From: a virus
Taxonomy: Duplodnaviria; Caudoviricetes
Direction: 5' to 3' (one strand)
DNA: 51,738 nt
IMG/VR virus record: IMGVR_UViG_3300031628_000003
Span: 1-51,738 of that record
In this document: one piece after another, positions 1 through 8,156 of the stretch
How the letters are laid out: the number at the start of each line of letters is the position of its first letter
How positions within the stretch are numbered: position 1 is the first letter of the stretch
Program-made: the position numbers and the translations under genes
The notes under the pieces: generated by a model
The model's database searches: none
The model's input: the letters and a program-made list of their open reading frames with translations, nothing else
What the model was told of the DNA's origin: nothing

Positions 1-43
1 GAAGCACAATCATCACTATCACTATAATCCAAAGGATATACAA

Positions 44-514
44 ATGTCAGACACAAACTTAGGAACAAGCATCTTACGTAACGTAACACTCAACTATCTA
101 AAAGTTGACCCATCAAAGCCAGTATCTCCTTTCGGAACATTGCAGTGGGAAGTTCAAATCGAAGTACCAGAAGATCGATCTGATGAAATCTCAGAGATGG
201 GTAAACTTCGTACACTAGATAATGGTAACGTAGCTGTAAACATCAAACGCAAAGCTTTAAAGCATGATGGGTCAGCAAACTTCCCAGTAGCACTTGTAGA
301 TGCTAAGAAACAACCAATTGAAGTTTACACAAACATTGGTAACGGTAGTACAGGTAACGTCAAAGTATATCGTAATGAATACGATGTAGCTGGTCGTCAA
401 GGTATCTCAACAAGCCTTAGTGCAATCCAAATCACTAATCTAATTGAGTACACAGGATCAGTAGATTTTGACATTGAAGCAGATGACGCAGTAGCAACAC
501 ACGACGACTTCTAA
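44..514 (+). CDS. single-stranded DNA-binding protein (T7 gp2.5-like)
   Basis: 156 aa; IGNGSTGNVKV and LSAIQITNLIEY resemble gp2.5 OB-fold segments; acidic tail ending in Phe (THDDF); replication arm. Confidence 0.75.
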   Translation: MSDTNLGTSILRNVTLNYLKVDPSKPVSPFGTLQWEVQIEVPEDRSDEISEMGKLRTLDNGNVAVNIKRKALKHDGSANFPVALVDAKKQPIEVYTNIGNGSTGNVKVYRNEYDVAGRQGISTSLSAIQITNLIEYTGSVDFDIEADDAVATHDDF

Positions 515-524
515 ATAGAAACAA

Positions 525-554
525 GAGAGGCCTAGCAAGCCTCTCACTATTTTA
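525..554 (+). terminator. probable intrinsic terminator after SSB
   Basis: stem GAGAGGC (525-531)/GCCTCTC (539-545), followed by ACTATTTTA. Confidence 0.55.
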
Positions 555-555
555 T

Positions 556-684
556 ATGTCAAGTGACAAAGGAATGTACCTAAAGTATCTAAAGGAACCG
601 TTGAGGCAAGAAACTCAGATGGTTATGTTAATACCCACATTAATGTTCATATCTTTCATTCTAAATATGATCGACAGGAAGTAA
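556..684 (+). CDS. possible 42-aa hydrophobic microprotein
   Basis: ATG556..TAA684 (MSSDKGMYLKYLKEPLRQETQMVMLIPTLMFISFILNMIDRK) fills the gap; no clear SD; not in the ORF track. Confidence 0.3.
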   Translation: MSSDKGMYLKYLKEPLRQETQMVMLIPTLMFISFILNMIDRK

Positions 685-685
685 A

Positions 686-1336
686 ATGATTAAACTATCT
701 AAAACAAGCAAGATGCCACGTAAATGTAAATCATGGTCGTTGGAAGCCTTGAAGACATGCCCCGGAAGTATTAAAGAAGTAGTCAAAGGAATTATAGAAC
801 TTGTAGATGCGTGTAAAGGTTGTTACGCAACAACTGGTATGTATAACATGCCTAATGTTAAAGCACCAAGAGCACATAACAAAGAAGATTGGAAAAGAAA
901 AGATTGGGTTGCAGATATGATTGCATCAATACTAAATGATGAACTGTTTAGATGGTTCGACAGTGGAGACTGTTATGACGTACGTCTAGCAAGAAAGATT
1001 AAACAAGTTATAGAAGGGACACCAACAACTAAACATTGGTTCCCAACAAGACAACACAAGTTCCCTAAATTCGCCAAGATATTAAATGAGATAGCTGCTA
1101 TGCCTAACGCAGTAGTACGTCTATCCTCTGATTCTATCAATGGTGGTATCATAGAAGGTGAAACCACTTCAACTATATGGAGTGTTAAACCACCTAAAGA
1201 AGCCTTTGAATGTGGTGCATATACAAGAGAAGGTCAATGTAAAGATTGTAGAGCATGTTGGGATAAGACAGTAAAAGTAGTTGCATACCCCGGTCATGGG
1301 GCAAAGATGCTTAAAGTAATCAGAATACAAGGGTAA
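686..1336 (+). CDS. Gp88-like Cys-rich phage protein
   Basis: LSKTSKMP..SWSL..TCPG..CKGCYA, FRWFDSGD, HWFPTR, VRLS and C-terminal C..CKDCRACW match the GP88 family pattern as recalled. Confidence 0.65.
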   Translation: MIKLSKTSKMPRKCKSWSLEALKTCPGSIKEVVKGIIELVDACKGCYATTGMYNMPNVKAPRAHNKEDWKRKDWVADMIASILNDELFRWFDSGDCYDVRLARKIKQVIEGTPTTKHWFPTRQHKFPKFAKILNEIAAMPNAVVRLSSDSINGGIIEGETTSTIWSVKPPKEAFECGAYTREGQCKDCRACWDKTVKVVAYPGHGAKMLKVIRIQG

Positions 1337-1340
1337 TAAA

Positions 1341-1757
1341 ATGATAGAAGCAGCAATAATGTGCTTAGCACTAAATATATACCACGAAGCAAGAGATCAA
1401 CCAATAGTAGGTCAAATAGCCGTAGGTTTTAGCACGTTAAATCGTGTAAAAGACAAACGATACCCATCAACTGTGTGTGGAGTGGTCAAACAAGCTAGGT
1501 ATCATGAATGGAATACCGACTATCCAATACGACATCGTTGCCAATATTCATGGTTTTGTGATGGATTATCAGACATACCTAAAAACGACAAAGCTATGCT
1601 AGAAGCGTCACTGCTTGCACATGCTATCTTTTATGGGTCGGTAACTGATATCTCAGATGGTGCGACACACTACCATGCTACGTGGATTGATACGCCATAT
1701 TGGGCAGATCATATGACTACAGTTTTTACAATTGATGATCATATATTCTACCGATAA
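1341..1757 (+). CDS. cell wall hydrolase, SleB/Hydrolase_2 family
   Basis: CLALNIYHEAR, LNRV..YP..VCGVV, QYSW, GATHYHA, PYWA, IDDHIFY. Confidence 0.9.
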   Translation: MIEAAIMCLALNIYHEARDQPIVGQIAVGFSTLNRVKDKRYPSTVCGVVKQARYHEWNTDYPIRHRCQYSWFCDGLSDIPKNDKAMLEASLLAHAIFYGSVTDISDGATHYHATWIDTPYWADHMTTVFTIDDHIFYR

Positions 1758-1784
1758 AGCATTGACGTCTAGGTTACTCTCTAG

Positions 1785-1807
1785 ATCTTTTAAGTACCTT
1801 ATAGAAC
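1785..1807 (+). promoter_or_regulatory. putative phage RNAP promoter ATCTTTTAAGTACCTTATAG
   Basis: 20-nt exact match (1785-1804) to the reverse complement of the two repeats at 51475-51533; intergenic; ends in TATAG like T7-type promoters. Confidence 0.7.
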
Positions 1808-1832
1808 TTATAATAACTACGGAGTAACCTAC

Positions 1833-2327
1833 ATGAAAGATCACGTTAAGTACGTGGATGGCGTTGTAAAGCCTGAAAACCTAACAAAAAAGCCTAAGAT
1901 TGCAATAACAGAATCTTCACTTGCAAACCTTAAACCTAGATGGGATAAGGAACACATGAAAATGATGCAGGGTAAGAGTATAGAAAAGCGGAAATCTAAC
2001 AAAGAAGCCCGTGAGAAAATGAAAGAAACTGTTGAAATCTTAAAGTATTTATCAGATGGTGTAATTGCAGACATGCCAACAGGTCTAACAGTTATGCAAA
2101 TAATGATGCTAAGGGCTATACAAGACGGTGATCCTGCAGAAGCATCTAAGCTTGCTGCAACTATAGCTGAATACCAACAGCCTAAACTTCAACGTAGTGA
2201 GAACATAAACACTAATATCAATTTAGAAGACCTTACTGATGAAGAACTAGCACAACAACTAGCAATCATAAATGAACCTAACCTAAAACCACTAAAAGAT
2301 ATAGAGGGTGAGGTTGTTAATGACTAG
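1833..2327 (+). CDS. putative terminase small subunit
   Basis: 164 aa; SLANLKP N-terminal motif, AATIAEYQQPKLQRSE and LEDLTDEEL patterns typical of TerS-like proteins; GGAG SD; follows the same promoter motif as terL. Confidence 0.5.
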   Translation: MKDHVKYVDGVVKPENLTKKPKIAITESSLANLKPRWDKEHMKMMQGKSIEKRKSNKEAREKMKETVEILKYLSDGVIADMPTGLTVMQIMMLRAIQDGDPAEASKLAATIAEYQQPKLQRSENINTNINLEDLTDEELAQQLAIINEPNLKPLKDIEGEVVND

Positions 2328-2460
2328 CTACAACAACATAACTGGTGATGCGCTAGTATCTAAAAGTAATACTAAGAAGTTCAGAGATAATTACGACAAA
2401 ATATTCTCTAAGCCTGATAAGGAAAAGAAAGATGAAAGAAAACTTAAAAGAGTTCCTTAA
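2320..2460 (+). CDS. small hypothetical phage protein (46 aa)
   Basis: MTSYNNITGDALVSKSNTKKFRDNYDKIFSK...; GAGG SD; overlaps upstream stop; ITGD...NYD.IF pattern recalled from small phage proteins; not in the ORF track. Confidence 0.65.
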   Translation: MTSYNNITGDALVSKSNTKKFRDNYDKIFSKPDKEKKDERKLKRVP

Positions 2461-2536
2461 AGGAGCTACGTACACACTAGTTTTTATAACAGTATTAATC
2501 TTATTAATCAAAAATAGCTCAGAAGCTTTATGGTGA
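2432..2536 (+). CDS. small membrane protein (34 aa)
   Basis: MKENLKEFLKGATYTLVFITVLILLIKNSSEALW; one hydrophobic stretch; fills the gap. Confidence 0.45.
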   Translation: MKENLKEFLKGATYTLVFITVLILLIKNSSEALW

Positions 2537-2541
2537 ACTAA

Positions 2542-2823
2542 ATGACCCCTAACTTTTTAAGTGACGAAGCATGTCAGTTTTTAATAAAAGACTACTCTGC
2601 AAATCGTTGGAGTGATCCCGTACTAAAACCTAAAATGATCGCAGTTAATGAAGAATACTTCAGATCAATCCAAAGAGATAGCGAGTTCTTAGAGATTCTA
2701 ATGGAAAAGAAACTTGAAGAATGGGAATCCTATGATGAATGTGTGAACGAACACGACAGGAATCTATCTGAATCAGAAATGGAAGGAGAAGAATATGCAC
2801 ATGGGAATCGTTTTCAAACCTAA
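2542..2823 (+). CDS. hypothetical acidic protein
   Basis: ORF in tightly packed operon. Confidence 0.55.
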   Translation: MTPNFLSDEACQFLIKDYSANRWSDPVLKPKMIAVNEEYFRSIQRDSEFLEILMEKKLEEWESYDECVNEHDRNLSESEMEGEEYAHGNRFQT

Positions 2824-3043
2824 GATAGGTGAACACCTGCGTAAGTCAGAAGGGTACAGGTCTGATAAATACAGTGAAGAAGAGTTAGAAACAATCGTTC
2901 AACTTAGAGCCAATGGAGTCACATACAAAGCGTGTGGTGAATCTATAGGTAAACCAGTAGGAAGTATTGCTAACATGATAAGTTATCACGACCTTCAGTA
3001 TAGAATTGATAAAGCAATAAAGCTTAGAGGATTAGGACTATGA
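2795..3043 (+). CDS. helix-turn-helix DNA-binding protein
   Basis: YSEEELETIVQLRANGVTYKACGESIGKPVGSIANMI fits an HTH pattern; GGAG SD. Confidence 0.6.
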   Translation: MHMGIVFKPKIGEHLRKSEGYRSDKYSEEELETIVQLRANGVTYKACGESIGKPVGSIANMISYHDLQYRIDKAIKLRGLGL

Positions 3044-3759
3044 ACATAGTTCTTTCCCTCTATGATTACACTGGTGTAGCTGCAATACCTTGGGCTAAAA
3101 CAGGGCATACATGCTATTGTTATGACATACAACATGATGGTACACAAGTAGATAAGTATGAAGGTGGTGGTTCTATACACTACCTAAATGCAGACCTACA
3201 CGACTACAGTTCCTTACTGTCTCTATGGCATAAGTTTAGAGATGCAGATAGTAACATTGTGTTTGCAATGGCATTCCCTGTGTGCACTGACTTAGCTGTA
3301 AGCGGTGCTGCATGGTTTAAAGCTAAATACTTCAAAGATCCTCAGTTCCAAAGAAAAGCAGTAAGTTATGCAAGGTGGTGTGATGAATTATTCGCTGATC
3401 TAAAAGTTCCATACTATATAGAAAACCCAGTATCAGTCTTGTCAACAAAATGGCGTAAGCCAGACTATCGTTTCCACCCCTATGAATACGGTGGTTACAT
3501 CAAAAAGAATGAAGAAATCCACCCACTGTATCCAGAATACATTGCACCAAGAGATGCATACTCTAAAAGAACATGTCTGTGGACAGGTGGTAAATTCAAA
3601 ATGCCAGCAAAAGATCCAGTAAGTTGTGAAAACTATGGAGCAAGTACGCAACATAGTAAACTTGGAGGTAAGTCTATGAAAACAAAGAACATACGATCCG
3701 CAACTCCAAGAGGTTTTGCAGAAGCAGTGTATCAAGCTAATTCGGAAAATACATTATGA
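3040..3759 (+). CDS. phage DNA cytosine methyltransferase-like protein
   Basis: VLSLYDYTG (motif I-like), YDI, FPVC (catalytic PC-like), IENPVS (ENV-like), C-terminal RSATPRGFA. Confidence 0.7.
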   Translation: MNIVLSLYDYTGVAAIPWAKTGHTCYCYDIQHDGTQVDKYEGGGSIHYLNADLHDYSSLLSLWHKFRDADSNIVFAMAFPVCTDLAVSGAAWFKAKYFKDPQFQRKAVSYARWCDELFADLKVPYYIENPVSVLSTKWRKPDYRFHPYEYGGYIKKNEEIHPLYPEYIAPRDAYSKRTCLWTGGKFKMPAKDPVSCENYGASTQHSKLGGKSMKTKNIRSATPRGFAEAVYQANSENTL

Positions 3760-4076
3760 AATCTAAAGTTGGTTATAGTATTGGTGAACCGTCTAAAGAA
3801 GAACCTTGGTTCGATGACTTCGGAGATACTGATAAATTATGTATAAGAAGTGCAACAAACTCACAAGTAGGTGGTGATCATTACAAAAACCAAGGAATAC
3901 AACCACTTGAGGCTACCTTTGTTAACTTCGGTTACGAGGGAGTACGTGCATCAATCTATACAAAAGTAGGTAAATACCTAACACGCGATAAAGGTACACA
4001 TCGTCAAGATATAACAAAAGCTATACACGTATTGCAAATGCAAATAGAGTTCCTAGATAGAGACAATAAAGAATGA
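3756..4076 (+). CDS. DUF3310 / T7 gp1.7-like nucleotide kinase family
   Basis: QVGGDHYK..IQP, KYLTR, QDITKAIH. Confidence 0.75.
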   Translation: MKSKVGYSIGEPSKEEPWFDDFGDTDKLCIRSATNSQVGGDHYKNQGIQPLEATFVNFGYEGVRASIYTKVGKYLTRDKGTHRQDITKAIHVLQMQIEFLDRDNKE

Positions 4077-4330
4077 TTACAATAGTAACTGAAATACTTT
4101 GGCTATCAACAGCACTTGCAGTGTTTTCTTCAGTAATACTCTTCATACTAAACCCACTGTATGCTTACTGGATAGAAAACAAATACCGTATAGATTTAGA
4201 AAGCGAACTGTACATAAAAGTATCGGAAGCTGTAGAAATAGCAGTAGAAGATGGATTACAAATTAGTATTAATTTCACAGTGGGAGAACCAGAAGTTGAA
4301 GAAGCCTCAAAAGAAAAAGAAAGTACCTAG
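4073..4330 (+). CDS. hypothetical membrane protein
   Basis: N-terminal hydrophobic helix; ATGA overlap with upstream gene. Confidence 0.55.
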   Translation: MITIVTEILWLSTALAVFSSVILFILNPLYAYWIENKYRIDLESELYIKVSEAVEIAVEDGLQISINFTVGEPEVEEASKEKEST

Positions 4331-4994
4331 TAACTCGCTAGGTTTGCAAGCGTTATCTCAAAACCAATCGCACTACATAAACTCAATAGATGATAATGTA
4401 GTGTCAGTTGGAACTGGTTTCGCAGGGTCAGGTAAAACATATATCGCATCTACATGTGCTGCTCAATTTATGATTGACAACAAAGATAGCCGTATCGTTT
4501 TATGCAGACCTAATGTATCTGATTCAAAATCTATAGGCTTCTTACCCGGAGAAGAATTAGATAAAATGGCACCTTGGATTACCCCATACACTGACGTACT
4601 ACGTAAGCACCTAAATGGTACTTATGAGAAAGCTATGCAGTCAGGGTCAATTCAAGTAGTTCCATTCGAATACATGCAAGGTAGAACATTCGATAACTCT
4701 TTTGTTATCTTAGACGAAGCACAGCATACAACACCAAAAGAAATAGAAATGTTTCTCAAGAGAATAGGTAAAGATTCAAAAGTAGTTATATGTGGTGACA
4801 TACCCCAAGCGAGATTAGGGCCTAAATCAGGTCTTAATCTCTTAATAAACATGCACACCGACAAAACGTTACCTGAAGTGTCAGAGAACATCGGTGTGAC
4901 AGATTTCAATAACCCAGATGACATTGTAAGGTCTGTATTCTGCAGAGAAATAACAAAAGCATTTGACAGATACTACACAATGAATGGAAATTAA
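4296..4994 (+). CDS. phoH: PhoH-like ATPase
   Basis: GFAGSGKT, IGFLPG, YMQGRTF, ILDEAQH, RIG, GDIPQ; start placed at TTG4296 after GGAG (track start 4251). Confidence 0.93.
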   Translation: MKKPQKKKKVPSNSLGLQALSQNQSHYINSIDDNVVSVGTGFAGSGKTYIASTCAAQFMIDNKDSRIVLCRPNVSDSKSIGFLPGEELDKMAPWITPYTDVLRKHLNGTYEKAMQSGSIQVVPFEYMQGRTFDNSFVILDEAQHTTPKEIEMFLKRIGKDSKVVICGDIPQARLGPKSGLNLLINMHTDKTLPEVSENIGVTDFNNPDDIVRSVFCREITKAFDRYYTMNGN

Positions 4995-5172
4995 TATGGT
5001 ATTCGACACAGGACAATGGCTAAGGTCAACAGTAATCTCATACAGGCGAGGGATACCCCACTTACTTCAGTACGAGTTAAGTGAAGAAGAAATAATAACA
5101 CTAGCTCAACTAGTAGATGCCTTAACAGCAGCAAGAATAGAAGAAGCAATGAACAACAGAGGTGATGAATGA
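4984..5172 (+). CDS. hypothetical protein
   Basis: fills gap with overlapping start and stop. Confidence 0.5.
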   Translation: MEINMVFDTGQWLRSTVISYRRGIPHLLQYELSEEEIITLAQLVDALTAARIEEAMNNRGDE

Positions 5173-5402
5173 TTATCAAGTTTTACACAAAAGGTTGCCA
5201 ACCATGCTATGCACTAAAAACATTGCTGGACAATCTAATGGTTGAGTATGTGTCTTGCAACATAGAAGAAGAATATCAAATAGCTGCTGATAATAAAGTA
5301 ATGAGTGTGCCTACACTGCTAAACACTGAAACAGGCAAGAGACTTATTGGTTTCAAGAATGAAGAAAAAGTAAAGGAATTTCTAAATGACAATAACAGTT
5401 GA
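5169..5402 (+). CDS. glutaredoxin/thioredoxin-like protein
   Basis: CQPC redox motif, SVPTL cis-Pro motif; directly upstream of nrdA. Confidence 0.88.
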   Translation: MIIKFYTKGCQPCYALKTLLDNLMVEYVSCNIEEEYQIAADNKVMSVPTLLNTETGKRLIGFKNEEKVKEFLNDNNS

Positions 5403-7134
5403 TTACGAACGTAACAGTTTTCTTTCAGAGCAAGCATACACCCTCCTTAAGGACTACTATTGTCGTGATGGGGAAGACCCACAGGACGCTTATGCAAGGG
5501 CAGCTATGGCATTCTGTAAGTCTGATTATGAATTAGCTCAACGCATATACGACTATGCAAGTAAAGGTTGGTTTATGTTTAGCTCACCTATCTTATCTAA
5601 TGCACCAGCACTTGGAGAAAAAGTACGTGGTCTACCTATTAGTTGTTTCTTATCTTACGTCCCTGATACTCTTGAAGGTCTTATTGGACACAGCACGGAA
5701 TTACGGTGGCTATCCGTCAAGGGTGGCGGTGTTGGCGGTCATTGGTCTGACATTAGGTCTGTCAGTGATGTGGCTCCCTCTCCTATACCCTTCTTAAAGA
5801 CTGTCGATAGTGACATGACTGCTTACCGACAAGGTAAGACACGAAAAGGTTCTTATGCTGCTTACATGGACATAACACACCCAGATATTATTGAGTTCAT
5901 TAACATACGAGTACCAACAGGTGGTGACCCTAATCGAAAGGCGTTCAATATACACAACGCAGTGAACATTACTGATGCGTTTATGGATGCAGTAACCTCA
6001 GGTGGTCAGTGGGACTTAATAGACCCTAATGATAAGACAGTTAGGGATACATTACCTGCAAGAGAACTGTGGGAACGTCTAATTGAGACACGATTCCGCA
6101 CTGGAGAGCCATACCTTAACTTTATTGATGAAGCTAACAGGCACTTACCCCCAGAAATGCGTGAGAAAGGTCTTACTATCAATGGTTCAAACCTTTGTAA
6201 TGAAATTCATCTACCGACAAACGAAGATCGGACAGCAGTCTGTTGCCTGTCAAGTGTAAACCTTGAGTATTACGAGGATTGGAAGGAGACCACTATGGTG
6301 TCTGACCTCATAACTATGCTAGATAATGTAATAAGTTTCTTTTGTTTCCATGCTCCCAAAGAACTACGTAAGGCTGTCTACAGTGCTACACAAGAGCGTT
6401 CTTTAGGACTAGGGGCAATGGGTTTCCACAGTGCATTACAGCGTGTGGGGATACCTTGGGAGACCCCTATGGCTACTGCCTACAATACTGAGATGTTCAC
6501 TCATATAAAAGCACAAGCAAGAGCAGCATCAGTGCACCTAGCAGAAGAACGTGGTTCATGTCCTGATGTAGATGGAATACGCAACTCACACTTATTAGCA
6601 ATAGCACCTAACGCCAACTCATCAATCATTGCTGGTTGTTCAGCATCAATAGAACCTCTTAAATCTAATGCATTTACCCACCGTACAAGGGTAGGCGCTC
6701 ACTTAGTTAAGAATCCATACCTATCAAAAGTACTTGAAGACCACAGTGACAGCCCTGAATGGATTGAAGCTCAGTGGAAATCAATAATACTACATGAAGG
6801 TAGTGTACAACACTTAGAATGGATGGATGAATGGTTTAAACAAATATTTAAAACAGCTTTCGAGCTTGACCAGCGGTGGGTTATAGACCATGCAGCAACA
6901 CGACAGCCCTTTATCTGTCAAGGACAGTCTGTAAATTTATTCTTTCCTGCTGGAACCGACAAAGCGTACGTAAACGAGGTGCATATTCGTGCATTTAACA
7001 AGAAATTAAAGGGACTTTACTATCTTCGAACAAGTGCAGGTGCTAAGGCTGACACAGTAAGCTTCAAGCCTACCCGTGTAGCACTAAAAGACTACGCAGT
7101 TGAAGAAGATGAGTGCCTATCATGCCAAGGATAA
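5386..7134 (+). CDS. nrdA: ribonucleotide reductase class I alpha subunit (short, no ATP cone)
   Basis: PISCF, GGGVG, GSNLCNEI, VCCLSS, AIAPNA, QGQSVN, GLYY, C-terminal CLSCQG. Confidence 0.96.
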   Translation: MTITVDYERNSFLSEQAYTLLKDYYCRDGEDPQDAYARAAMAFCKSDYELAQRIYDYASKGWFMFSSPILSNAPALGEKVRGLPISCFLSYVPDTLEGLIGHSTELRWLSVKGGGVGGHWSDIRSVSDVAPSPIPFLKTVDSDMTAYRQGKTRKGSYAAYMDITHPDIIEFINIRVPTGGDPNRKAFNIHNAVNITDAFMDAVTSGGQWDLIDPNDKTVRDTLPARELWERLIETRFRTGEPYLNFIDEANRHLPPEMREKGLTINGSNLCNEIHLPTNEDRTAVCCLSSVNLEYYEDWKETTMVSDLITMLDNVISFFCFHAPKELRKAVYSATQERSLGLGAMGFHSALQRVGIPWETPMATAYNTEMFTHIKAQARAASVHLAEERGSCPDVDGIRNSHLLAIAPNANSSIIAGCSASIEPLKSNAFTHRTRVGAHLVKNPYLSKVLEDHSDSPEWIEAQWKSIILHEGSVQHLEWMDEWFKQIFKTAFELDQRWVIDHAATRQPFICQGQSVNLFFPAGTDKAYVNEVHIRAFNKKLKGLYYLRTSAGAKADTVSFKPTRVALKDYAVEEDECLSCQG

Positions 7135-7141
7135 TTAATAA

Positions 7142-8095
7142 ATGAGCTTACTAACTGCATCACCAGCCTTTAAACCCTTCAACTACACCAGTTTTGTCAC
7201 ACAATCAATCGAACATGACAAATTACATTGGGGTGAATGGGAGTGTGATCTTAATGAGGACGTAGTACAGTGGAAATCTGGTAAGATTTCTGTGTCAGAG
7301 AAGAACTTTATCACCCAAATCCTGCGATTATTCACACAATCTGATGTGATAGTAGGTGGTAGTTACGTAGATGTGTTCCTACCCCGTATTAAAAACAATG
7401 AAGCACGTATGATGATGCTATCTTTTGCACAAAGAGAGACAATTCACATGAGATCTTATGCGTTACTCAATGACACCTTAGGTTTTCCTGAGGCAGAGTA
7501 CACAGCATTCCTAGAATACGAAGCTATGGCAGACAAACTTGAATTTATGCAAACATTTGACCCAGATACTAAGCAAGGTTTAGCTAAAGCACTGGCACAA
7601 ACTGTGTGTAACGAAGGTATGTCACTGTTTTCTGCATTTGTAATGCTGTTAAACTTCCAAAGGTATGGTAAGCTCAAAGGAATGTGCGAGATTGTTGAGT
7701 GGTCTATTCGTGATGAGACAATGCATGTCGCAGGTATGACTGAATTGTTCCGAACATTTACACATGAGAACCCGGAGGTTGTTAATGATGAGTTTAAACT
7801 ATCTATTTACGAAATGTACAGGACTGCTGTCCACCTTGAAGACAAAGTTATTGACCTTGCGTTTGAAATGGGACCTATGGAGGGCCTTACGTCAGAAGAA
7901 GTCAAGTGTTATATCCGATATATCGCAGATCGAAGACTAACTAACTTAGGACTCAAACCTAACTGGGATATCCAAGAGAATCCATTACCTTGGTTAGATT
8001 GGGTGCTTAATGGAGACAGTTTCAAGAACTTCTTTGAAGGTCGTGTCACTGACTACAGCGCAGATGGAATGTCTGGCTCCTCTTGGGGCTGGTAG
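7142..8095 (+). CDS. nrdB: ribonucleotide reductase class I beta subunit
   Basis: FTQSD, RETIHMRSY (radical Tyr present), NEGMSLFSAF, IRDETMH, NFFEGRVTDY. Confidence 0.96.
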   Translation: MSLLTASPAFKPFNYTSFVTQSIEHDKLHWGEWECDLNEDVVQWKSGKISVSEKNFITQILRLFTQSDVIVGGSYVDVFLPRIKNNEARMMMLSFAQRETIHMRSYALLNDTLGFPEAEYTAFLEYEAMADKLEFMQTFDPDTKQGLAKALAQTVCNEGMSLFSAFVMLLNFQRYGKLKGMCEIVEWSIRDETMHVAGMTELFRTFTHENPEVVNDEFKLSIYEMYRTAVHLEDKVIDLAFEMGPMEGLTSEEVKCYIRYIADRRLTNLGLKPNWDIQENPLPWLDWVLNGDSFKNFFEGRVTDYSADGMSGSSWGW

Positions 8096-8105
8096 AATAA
8101 CTAAT

Positions 8106-8153
8106 TGACCTAAGCAAGGTCACTGTAAACTGCTTAACAGTCTGGGAGGACTG
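8106..8153 (+). promoter_or_regulatory. H-type pseudoknot plus SD-containing hairpin in the DNA polymerase leader
   Basis: TGACC 8106-10/GGTCA 8118-22; TAAGCA 8111-16/TGCTTA 8131-36; CAGTC 8138-42/GACTG 8149-53 around GGAGG. Confidence 0.6.
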
Positions 8154-8156
8154 ACT

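Noticed and set aside
8-30. CACTATCACTATAAT as a T7-like or sigma70 promoter
   Set aside because: Does not match the repeated promoter motif, and any -35 box would lie outside the window
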